In this document: positions 45,434 to 53,616 of the stretch, one piece after another | How the letters are laid out: every line of letters begins with the position of its first letter | How positions within the stretch are numbered: position 1 is the first letter of the stretch | From: Haloferula sp. | Lineage (GTDB): Bacteria; Verrucomicrobiota; Verrucomicrobiia; Verrucomicrobiales; Akkermansiaceae | NCBI GenBank assembly: GCA_037190465.1 | Contig: JBBCJF010000024.1 | Coordinates: 18,039-82,038, forward strand | DNA length: 64,000 bases | Direction of reading: 5' to 3' | Notes under the pieces: model-generated | Database searches by the model: none | Told to the model about the DNA's origin: nothing | The model's input: only the letters and a program-made list of their open reading frames with translations | Translations under genes and position numbers: made by a program

Positions 45434-47147
45434 CGCGCGGCGGGGCGGCGCGGAGTCTGGCGTAGAGACCGCCGCGGGCAAGAAGTTCCTGATGCGTTCC
45501 CTGCTCAATCAGCTTGCCATCTTTCAGCACGCAGATGATATCTGCTTTATGCACGGTGGAAAGGCGGTGCGCGATGACGAAGCTGGTGCGGTCGGCGCGC
45601 AGGGTGTCGAGCGCCTGCTGCACGAGCCGTTCGGTTTCGTTGTCGAGTGCGGAGGTGGCTTCGTCTAACAGGAGCAGCGGCGGGTTTTTCAGCAGGGCGC
45701 GGGCGATGGACAGACGCTGCTTTTCGCCGCCGGAGAAGCGCACGCCGCGTTCGCCGGCGATGGTGTCGAGACCCTCAGGGAGTTCGCGGACGAAGGCGGC
45801 GGCGTTCGCGGCTTCGAGCGCGGCCCAGATTTCGTCGTCGAGGGCATCCCGCTTCGCGAGAAGGAGATTGTCCCGCAGGGTGGCGTTGAAGAGGAAGCTT
45901 TCCTGGGTGACGTAGCCGGTGTGGTCGCGCAGCCATTCCTTCGAGAGCGTCCTGATGTCGCGCCCATCTAACAGGATGCGTCCGCTGTCGGCTTCGTAGA
46001 AGCGGGTGAGGAGGTTGAGCAGGGTCGATTTTCCCGCGCCGGTCGGGCCGACGAGGGCGATGGTCATGCCGGGTTCGGCGCTCAGATCGATGTCCCGCAC
46101 TGTCGGCGCGTCGGGGGCGTGGGAGAAGCTGACGTTTTCGAAACGGACCCGGCCCCTGAATTCCGCGGGGCGCTCGCCTGCGGTCAGGCTCGCTTCGTCC
46201 GGGGTGTCGAGGATGGCGTGGACGCGCTTCGCGGCGACGAGGCCGCGCATGAAGGTCTGCGTGAGCGGATGGATGCGCGAGATGGGATCGAAGAGAAACC
46301 CCCACGCGACGAGGAAGGCGATGGGCGTGCCGGCTTCCATCTTCCCCTGAAGCGTCCACCACGCGCCGAAGCCGACCATGAGGATGATGCCCGCCTCGGC
46401 GAGCAGTGACACGCCCGGCCAGACGAGCGCCTGGCCTTTCATCACGCGCATGTGCTTTTCGCCTACGCGGCGGCTGGCGCTGTCGAAGCGTTCGAGAGCT
46501 TCGGGCTCTACGGTGTAGGCCTTGATCTGGCGGATGCCGGCGAGGTTGTCGTGGAGCAGGGAATTGAGCGCGGAGGAGGCTTCGGCGGATTCGCGCCAGC
46601 GCGGCTCGGAGAATTTCGAATACCAGGCGGTGAGCGCCGCGATGACGGGCAGCGGCGCGAGGGTGATGAGGGTGAGTTCCCACGAGTGCCACGCCATCCA
46701 GCCGACGATGACGAGGAACTGGAGGACGGCGCCGAGAGCCTGGTCGATGCCGTCGACGATCACCCGGTCCATGGCCGGCACGTCGTCGGCCACGCGCGAC
46801 ATGATTTCGCCGGAGGAGTTCGTGTCGAACCACTTCACCGGCAGGCGCTGGAGTTTGTCGTAGAGTTCGACGCGCAGGTCGTGGGTGAGACGTTGTTCGA
46901 GAGCATTGTTGAAGAAGGTTCGCAGCGTGAAAAGCACCTGCCGGCAGGCGATGGCGCCGATGCCGAGCGCCGCGGTGGGGATGAGCAGGTCGCCGCGCTT
47001 TTGCCCGATCACCACGTCGATGAAGCGCTGGGTGACGGTGGGCAGCACGAGCACCAGCACGGTGCAGAGCGCGGCCATGGCAAAGGACAGGGCGGTGCGC
47101 AGCGGATAGCGCCGGGTGCGCGAAAAGACGCGGAGCAAGGTAGGCAC
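45426..47147 (-). CDS. ABC transporter, fused permease/ATP-binding protein (MsbA-like exporter)
   Basis: 573 aa. The N-terminal half has 6 TM segments. Walker A is GPTGAGKST, the signature is FSGGEKQRLSIARAL, and Walker B is LLLDEATSALD. The apparent start is GTG. Confidence 0.92.
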   Translation of the reverse strand: MPTLLRVFSRTRRYPLRTALSFAMAALCTVLVLVLPTVTQRFIDVVIGQKRGDLLIPTAALGIGAIACRQVLFTLRTFFNNALEQRLTHDLRVELYDKLQRLPVKWFDTNSSGEIMSRVADDVPAMDRVIVDGIDQALGAVLQFLVIVGWMAWHSWELTLITLAPLPVIAALTAWYSKFSEPRWRESAEASSALNSLLHDNLAGIRQIKAYTVEPEALERFDSASRRVGEKHMRVMKGQALVWPGVSLLAEAGIILMVGFGAWWTLQGKMEAGTPIAFLVAWGFLFDPISRIHPLTQTFMRGLVAAKRVHAILDTPDEASLTAGERPAEFRGRVRFENVSFSHAPDAPTVRDIDLSAEPGMTIALVGPTGAGKSTLLNLLTRFYEADSGRILLDGRDIRTLSKEWLRDHTGYVTQESFLFNATLRDNLLLAKRDALDDEIWAALEAANAAAFVRELPEGLDTIAGERGVRFSGGEKQRLSIARALLKNPPLLLLDEATSALDNETERLVQQALDTLRADRTSFVIAHRLSTVHKADIICVLKDGKLIEQGTHQELLARGGLYARLRAAPPRDA

Positions 47148-47268
47148 GCCCGCAGGGTAGCGGAACGGCTGCGCCGTTCCGAGAGGGATTGTGGAGCCGG
47201 AGATTTATGCCCGGCGGCCCGGGGCGGGGAATTCGCGCCAGACGGGTGGGAATGGCGCGGCCATTGTT

Positions 47269-48591
47269 CTACGATGGATAGGTGTAGCCTTCCCGGTATT
47301 CGCGCTGGAGGAGGGCGTTGGCTTCGTCGTCGCCGGGGAAGATTTCCTTTGCGCCGTCCCATTCGATGCTGCGGCCGAGCTTGCGGCTGATCACGGCGAG
47401 CAGGCTCATGTTGGTCGAGAGGTAGGCGAGTTCAATGTCGCTGATCGGCCGGCGGCCGGTTTCGATGGCGTCGATGAAGTTCGCCCAGTGTTCGCGGATG
47501 TTCTGGTGGTCCGGTTCGTGGAGCTGCGGCTCCATGTGCTGCGGTTCGGAGCCGTCGGCGGGGTAGAAGGTCCAGCCGCCGCGCCAGCCCATGTGGAAGG
47601 CGCCGTTGCTGCCATAGAAAATCGCGCCGACTTCCTCGTGGCGGGTGCTGCCGTTGCCGGCGAATTCGCGGTTGTCCCAGGTGCAGGTGAAGCCTTCGAA
47701 TTCGAAGGTGGCGACCTGATGGTCCGGGGCGTCGGTGGTCTGCGCGCGGCCGTCGTTCACCGCCGGGCCGCGGACCGGCCGGCCGCCGGCGGAGTGAATG
47801 CGCTTCGGCCATTTTTCATCGGTCCACCACAGTACCTGGTCGAACCAGTGGATTCCCCAGTCGGCGATGGTGCCGTTGCTGTAATCGAGGAAATTGCGGT
47901 AGCCGCCCGGGTGGATCTTGCGGTTGAAGGGGCGCAGCGGCCCCGGCCCGCACCAGCGGTCCCAGTCGAGCCCTTCGGGCGGTTCCTCGTTCTCGCGCGG
48001 TTCTTCCCGGCCGCCGCGGTAGCGGATGAAGCAGTTGACCAGGCCGATGGTTCCGACCTTGCCGGATTTCAGGAATTCCATGCCGGCGACATTGTGGGGG
48101 GAGATCCGGCGGTGCGTGCCGACCTGCACGACGCGGTTGGCGGCGCGGGCGGCGTTCACCATCGCCCGGCCTTCGCGGATGGTGTGGCTGATGGGTTTCT
48201 CGACGTAGACGTGGGCGCCGGCCTTGACGGCATCGATCATCTGCAGGGGATGCCAGTGGTCGGGCGTGGCGATGATGACGATATCGGGCTTTTCCTTTTC
48301 GAGCAGTTCGCGGTGGTCATGATAGCCGGTGGGTTTTTTCCCGGTTTTTTCGGCCACGCCGGCGAGGGCGGGATCGAGCTGGGCGCGGTCCACATCGCAC
48401 AGGGCGACGATGTCACAGCGGCCTGAGCGGATGGCTTCGTTGAGGATGTTCTTGCCCCACCAGCCGGTGCCGATGAGGACGGTGCGGTAGGTTTTCTTCC
48501 CGGACTCCTGCGCGAAGAGCCGCGGGGCGAAGGCGGTCGCCATCGCCGTGGTGGCGGTGGCCTTCATGAAATGGCGCCGGTTCTGTTCCAT
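47269..48591 (-). CDS. Gfo/Idh/MocA family oxidoreductase with a Tat signal
   Basis: The twin-arginine leader is MEQNRRHFMKATATTAMATAFAPRLFA. A Rossmann motif follows (VLIGTGWWGKN), along with ..ATPDHWH.. and EKP. Confidence 0.9.
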   Translation of the reverse strand: MEQNRRHFMKATATTAMATAFAPRLFAQESGKKTYRTVLIGTGWWGKNILNEAIRSGRCDIVALCDVDRAQLDPALAGVAEKTGKKPTGYHDHRELLEKEKPDIVIIATPDHWHPLQMIDAVKAGAHVYVEKPISHTIREGRAMVNAARAANRVVQVGTHRRISPHNVAGMEFLKSGKVGTIGLVNCFIRYRGGREEPRENEEPPEGLDWDRWCGPGPLRPFNRKIHPGGYRNFLDYSNGTIADWGIHWFDQVLWWTDEKWPKRIHSAGGRPVRGPAVNDGRAQTTDAPDHQVATFEFEGFTCTWDNREFAGNGSTRHEEVGAIFYGSNGAFHMGWRGGWTFYPADGSEPQHMEPQLHEPDHQNIREHWANFIDAIETGRRPISDIELAYLSTNMSLLAVISRKLGRSIEWDGAKEIFPGDDEANALLQREYREGYTYPS

Positions 48592-48691
48592 GACGGGTAT
48601 TGAGCGAAACGGGAGCGGGGGGTGGGAAGCACGGATTGGTGCATGGGGTGTGGAATGGCGCAGCCATTCCACTACGGCTGGGCAGGCCGGC

Positions 48692-49828
48692 TCATTTGGC
48701 CGGCTGGGCCGGGAATTTGTCGGCTTCTTCCCAGAACTTCCGGCCTACCGGGGTTTGATGATCGACCAGCAGCCACAGTTCGCGGGCGAGGGAGGCCTGG
48801 GTGATGAGGTCGGGGGGCGGGGATTTTTTCCACTCTTCGTAGTGGTGGTCGGTGGTGCGGACGGCGCGTTTCAGGTAGTGGTCGTCCCTGGTCCAGCGGT
48901 AGAGTTCGAGGTCGGCTTCGACCATCAGGTGCGCCCATTTCGCCGGGTCGCGGTAGGCGCCGGTGTCGTGGCCGACCAGGGCGTCGGCGGCTTTGCCCAT
49001 GCGCAATGCCTCGTCCATGTAGAAGCGCTCGCCGGTCCGCGCATGGAGGGAGAGGAAGGCGCGGAGCGGCAGGCCGGCGTTGTAGGTGAGCTGGGCGCGG
49101 TTGATTTCGCCGGTGGCGACCTTGATCGCGTCGGAGAAAAGGCCGTTGGGGGCCTGGAGGGTCTTCACGGTCCAGACCATGATTTTTTCGCCCGTTTCAT
49201 TCCAGCGGGTGGCGTCGGGTTCGCGAAGGAGGCGGGCGAGGCGGAAGCAGCCGAGGGCGGCGGGGGCGTTGACGCAGGTGTTTTTGTCGCCGTTTTTGTG
49301 CTGCTCGTGCCACCAGATGCCGCCGCCGGCTTCCTCGTCCCAGCCGCTGACGACGAATTCGAGCGTTTCTTCGGCGCGCTTGAGGTAGCGGGATTCGCCG
49401 GTGAGCTCGTAGGCTTCGAGGAAGGTCAGGACCATCCAGGCGTTGTCGTCGTAGTATTTGTCGTTGCCGCCGCGGGTGCGGGCCGGTTCGTAGCCGGGGA
49501 TTTTCGCCTCGATGTCCCAGTAGGCTTCCATGGCGTCGAAGAACTTCCGCATCACGGGGCGGTAGTTCTTGTCGTGGCGGGAGGCGCCGACGAGGGCGGA
49601 GAACATCACGCCGCAGCCCCAGATCATGTCCGGGTCCTTGCCGTCCGACTTTCCGGCGTAGAGGCCCGATTTGCGGTCCCAGAAGTGTTTTTGGATTGAC
49701 TCCGTGACCTCGACCGCCCGTGAGAGATGGGCGGCCGGTTCGGCCAATGCGGAGGAAAGCAGACCCGCACCGGCGAGCGCGGCGGGGATCGCCCGGCGGA
49801 GTTTCGGGAAGTTGTGGGCAGGGCACAT
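48692..49828 (-). CDS. Glycoside hydrolase family 76-like (alpha/alpha)6 protein
   Basis: FWDRKSGLY..WGCGVMFSAL..YYDDNAWMVLTFLEAYELTGESRYLKRAEE..GGGIWWHE..KNTCVNAPA matches the GH76 pattern. The start is uncertain, with ATGs at 49828 and 49879. Confidence 0.7.
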   Translation of the reverse strand: MCPAHNFPKLRRAIPAALAGAGLLSSALAEPAAHLSRAVEVTESIQKHFWDRKSGLYAGKSDGKDPDMIWGCGVMFSALVGASRHDKNYRPVMRKFFDAMEAYWDIEAKIPGYEPARTRGGNDKYYDDNAWMVLTFLEAYELTGESRYLKRAEETLEFVVSGWDEEAGGGIWWHEQHKNGDKNTCVNAPAALGCFRLARLLREPDATRWNETGEKIMVWTVKTLQAPNGLFSDAIKVATGEINRAQLTYNAGLPLRAFLSLHARTGERFYMDEALRMGKAADALVGHDTGAYRDPAKWAHLMVEADLELYRWTRDDHYLKRAVRTTDHHYEEWKKSPPPDLITQASLARELWLLVDHQTPVGRKFWEEADKFPAQPAK

Positions 49829-50198
49829 GATGGGATTCAAGCGTGTTCCGCCGGGGATGACAAGGATGCGCCGGATCATGCGCCGGAGCAGGGCCGGGGC
49901 GGGATGCTGGCTCACGGCAAGCCTTGACGGGACCATCACTCTCCGGCGGGTTCCTTCGGGCGAGCGGATCGTTCCGTTGCTGGGCCTTGCGGAGATCCGG
50001 CTTCAGCAGATCCGGTTCCACGGCGCGCACCTCATCGCCCTGACAGCCGGCGGCGAACTCTTTGAGTGGAATCTGGATGCGCTCCACCGGGAGTTGGAGC
50101 GGAAAGGCTTGGGGTGGAGGCAGCTGCCCTCGAAAAAAGCGCGGCCGCCCCCTCCGGAACGGCCGCGCCACCTCGTTTCATTTACCCATGAAAATCCA

Positions 50199-53100
50199 TC
50201 ACGGCTCCGCCCTCAAACGGGCGAATAGCCGGCTGCCGGAACCCTTCGGGATGCGAACCTCGACGTGCTCGAAGCCCTCCCCGTCGGGAACCGCCGTCAT
50301 CGTTTCCACTCCGGCGGTGGTCCAGGTTCCGCCCAGATCGCCGTTGTATTCGACCGAGGCCAGATCCTTTGCCGCGATCGCGCGGCGGAAGATGAAGACC
50401 AGATAGTCCTCCTCGGACGAAACCTTAGGCAGGATCGCCGTCGATGCCGCGCCGGGATTCGCCGGATTCGGCTCGCCGCCGAGCACGAATTCCAGACCGT
50501 TCTTGATGCCGTCGCCGTCCGGATCGGCGTCGAAAGCCGCATCCGCTCCGGACAGCCCTCTCGACGCCGCCCACAAATCGAAGGGCGTCCCAACCACTTC
50601 GCCATAGACAAGTGCCAGCCTGTTTCCCTGTGCCTGCACCGACCAGGCGTGGGCCGTGGCACCGGGCAGCGCGCTGGCATCCACCGTGAAAGCCGCCGGA
50701 TCGAAGCCGGTGATGGCCCCACCCGCGGACACCAGCGTGAAGGTTTTCTCCACATCACTGAAATTCGCCAGCGAGAGCGGAGAAACGACGATGATCACCG
50801 GATTTTCCGCCGTGGCAGCGATCGCCAGCGAGGCCGCCGTCACCGTATCGTAGCCTGCTCCCGCGGAACCGTTCCAATCGCCGATCTCCCATTCGTAGCG
50901 CGAATCGGGGCCGAAGCTCAGCGCCCCCGCCACCGGCAGCGTCCCCACCGAAGCGCCCGGCGCGAGCGTGCCGCCGTTCACATTCACCACGCGCGCCACC
51001 CCACCGGTGCCGGCAAGCGTGCCGTTCGCTGCGACATTCACGGGATTCGCCGCCGCTTCGAGCCCCGCATCCAGCCGCAGCGTGCCATCGGCAACGGTAG
51101 TCGTGCCCGTGTAGGTCTTGGCATCGCCTGCAATGATCAGCGTGCCCGTGCCCTGCTTGACCAGGCTTCCCGTCCCTGTCACCGGACCGATGATGGTCGC
51201 GGTGAAATCCAGGGTGTTGAAGGGACGCGAATTGTTGGCGCCCGGCATGTGGATCGTCCGGCCCGCGCCGAGCACGATGCCGTCGCTGTCGAATCTCAGC
51301 GAACCCGCGAGATTCTCGGTATAGTGCGTGATGTCGTTTTCGGGATCGCCCAGCGCGGCATCGGAAGCGATCGCAAGTGTACCGCGCCACATCTCGATGG
51401 TGCCCTGGAAATCGTTCGCATCATTGGTCAGGACCAGCGTGTTGTTGTGGTTCAGGCCGGTGCCGCTATCCACGAGGCGGAAAATTTCGCCCTCGCCGCC
51501 GCCGCTGATTTTCCCTTCCAGCACAGCGGTCGCTCCCGCCGTCGGAGCGCCGCCGCCCGGCGCCACGATCATGAAGGTCTGCCGCCCCGTCGATGGCAGC
51601 ACGATGTCATTGACCACCACCAGTTCGCCGGCCGAGCCGAAGCGCAGTTCCCCGCCCGCGTGTACGATGTCTCCCGTACCAAGCGCCTCCCCATCCTGAA
51701 GCCGCAAAATCCCGCCGGCGATCGTGGTGCCGCCCGAATAGGAGCCCGGGAAACCCATCGACTGCGTGCCCGCGCCCGTCTTCACCAGCGATCCCGGCCC
51801 CGAAAGCTCTCCTCCGTGGACGGCGGTGACGCCGGAAGCGACGTCCAGCGTCAAGGCCACCGGTTGCGCCGAGGCATTGACGAGAGCGATGTCGCCGTCG
51901 CCGCCCAGCCCGCCCACCGTCGCCGCCGCAGGGCTGCCGAAGCTCGCCACGCCGGATGGAAAGAACGTAGTGAGCACGCTGTGCCGCAGCGCCTCCTCAT
52001 GATCGATCACCAGCTCGCCGAGCGATACCGACGTGCCGCCGGTGAAAGTGTTTGGATTCGAGATCGTGAGCGTGCCCGTGCCGTCCTTGATCAACCCGGT
52101 CGCCCCGGCGATTCCGTGGCTGCCCTGCAGGGTGTAGTTTTCCCCTGAGGCGTTGAACTCCACCCCGGCGGCAATCACGTCCTCGCCGTCGATGGAGACG
52201 GACTTGAGGACAGCCGAAGCGTCGAAGAGAACGAAGTTCCCATTGGTGAAATCCGTCGGTGTGGAGCTTCCTTCCTGCACCCAATTCTTCGGGCTGGCGA
52301 GCGTGGCGGTGCTCCAGGTGGAATTGAGCGCGCCGGTCCAGACGATGGTGCTTCCCTCCGCCTGGACAGCCTGAATGCTGGTGATGGCCGAAGTGTTGCC
52401 CTCCGCATCCCTGACCCTCGCGCGGATGCGGTAGGTGCCCGGCATCACATAGGTGTGACTGACGGCATAAGGCGTGCCGACCGGCGTCAGGGGGCCGAAG
52501 GCATCCATCGACCCGTCACCCCACTCGATCTCGAACTGCACCGTGGCGCTGTCCGGATCCACCGCTTCGAAGGTGTATTCCGCCGTCGCTCCCGCGGCCA
52601 CGGGCGAAGCGCCGGCCGGCTGAACCACCACCCGCGGCGAAAGATTTTCCGGCACCGGAATGGCATCGCCCGCGGTGCCCAGCGCCGTCGCTTCCTCCGC
52701 GCTCAATGCCCGGTCGAACAAGGCGAGATTATCGACGATGACCCGGGATTGCTCTCCGTCCTCGTCCCACAGCACGCGGAAGACATCGCCAAGGGTTTGG
52801 CGGCCCGCATTGACGGTGCCGGCTCCGTAGTTGCCTATCAGATTCCCATCCAGATAGATCGCGCGGGCTGTCCCGACATTCGCGGAGAGAATCAGGCGGT
52901 ACCAGGTGCCAGCACGGACCGTGCCGGTGGTCCCGCTTCCCGTGGCGGTGGGGCCGGTGCCGACATAGGGCCACTGGGTGCTTACCCCCAGCTCAGTCGC
53001 ACTCGCCTGCTTGCGGATGAAGAAATCGGCGTCGCCCGCGCCCATGTCGAAATCGAATAAAGCGGTGAAGGCGCCGTTGTCCGCCCCGCCGTCGGTGAAG

Positions 53101-53381
53101 TCCGGCACCATGAAATCGAGCACGATCGTGTAGTGGTTCGTCCGCGTGGGATCGCCTGTCGAGCCGTTCGCGCCGATGGGATTGGCCACTTGCATGAACG
53201 CGCCTTTCGGGAACTCTGCTGCGCCGCTGCTATGGCCGATCACGCCCGAAATCGTCAGATCATCGCCGAGCGCGGCGGCGGCGGGTTGCTCCGGGTCGTC
53301 GAATGTCCATAGCCCCACCAGATTCGCATGCAGCGGCTGCCACGAAAGGAGGGCGAGGTAAATGAAAGTGCGCTTCGTCAT
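50199..53381 (-). CDS. Giant secreted protein: LamG-like domain, PKD-like domain, autotransporter-associated beta-strand (PATR) repeats and a C-terminal TSP3-like segment
   Basis: 1,060 aa with an ATG start and a signal peptide. The LamG-like N-terminus is LVGLWTFDD..WYRLILS..IYLDGNLIG. The PKD-like core is EIEWGDGS..GTYRIRARVRDAEGN. There are many G(T/S)GTL(T/I)..G.NT(F/Y)TGGT repeats, and the tail is DADPDGDGIKNGLEF. Confidence 0.85.
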   Translation of the reverse strand: MTKRTFIYLALLSWQPLHANLVGLWTFDDPEQPAAAALGDDLTISGVIGHSSGAAEFPKGAFMQVANPIGANGSTGDPTRTNHYTIVLDFMVPDFTDGGADNGAFTALFDFDMGAGDADFFIRKQASATELGVSTQWPYVGTGPTATGSGTTGTVRAGTWYRLILSANVGTARAIYLDGNLIGNYGAGTVNAGRQTLGDVFRVLWDEDGEQSRVIVDNLALFDRALSAEEATALGTAGDAIPVPENLSPRVVVQPAGASPVAAGATAEYTFEAVDPDSATVQFEIEWGDGSMDAFGPLTPVGTPYAVSHTYVMPGTYRIRARVRDAEGNTSAITSIQAVQAEGSTIVWTGALNSTWSTATLASPKNWVQEGSSTPTDFTNGNFVLFDASAVLKSVSIDGEDVIAAGVEFNASGENYTLQGSHGIAGATGLIKDGTGTLTISNPNTFTGGTSVSLGELVIDHEEALRHSVLTTFFPSGVASFGSPAAATVGGLGGDGDIALVNASAQPVALTLDVASGVTAVHGGELSGPGSLVKTGAGTQSMGFPGSYSGGTTIAGGILRLQDGEALGTGDIVHAGGELRFGSAGELVVVNDIVLPSTGRQTFMIVAPGGGAPTAGATAVLEGKISGGGEGEIFRLVDSGTGLNHNNTLVLTNDANDFQGTIEMWRGTLAIASDAALGDPENDITHYTENLAGSLRFDSDGIVLGAGRTIHMPGANNSRPFNTLDFTATIIGPVTGTGSLVKQGTGTLIIAGDAKTYTGTTTVADGTLRLDAGLEAAANPVNVAANGTLAGTGGVARVVNVNGGTLAPGASVGTLPVAGALSFGPDSRYEWEIGDWNGSAGAGYDTVTAASLAIAATAENPVIIVVSPLSLANFSDVEKTFTLVSAGGAITGFDPAAFTVDASALPGATAHAWSVQAQGNRLALVYGEVVGTPFDLWAASRGLSGADAAFDADPDGDGIKNGLEFVLGGEPNPANPGAASTAILPKVSSEEDYLVFIFRRAIAAKDLASVEYNGDLGGTWTTAGVETMTAVPDGEGFEHVEVRIPKGSGSRLFARLRAEP

Positions 53382-53458
53382 CGCTTGGATCAGGTTTGTT
53401 TCCGCGTAAAGACTCCAGAAAACCCCGGTCCGCGCCCATTGTCATATGACTAATATTG

Positions 53459-53559
53459 CTGGCTGTTTGCCTAAAACGGCGCGATCAATTCGTCTCAAAA
53501 ACGGGCTTCCTCCCATCCTATCCATCCCGGTCCGAACAGTAAATTGGCAAACAGCCAGA
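53459..53559. repeat. 101-bp element bounded by a perfect 13-bp inverted repeat (CTGGCTGTTTGCC / GGCAAACAGCCAG)
   Basis: The arms are at 53459-53471 and 53547-53559. The interior carries one arm of the GGATGGATAGGATG repeat family (53508-53535). It sits in the divergent promoter region of the two LamG giants. Confidence 0.6.
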
Positions 53560-53616
53560 TATCCTTTCCATCCGGCCATTGTGCTGCGGAAACGTCACGC
53601 GTAATTCCTTGCCTTC

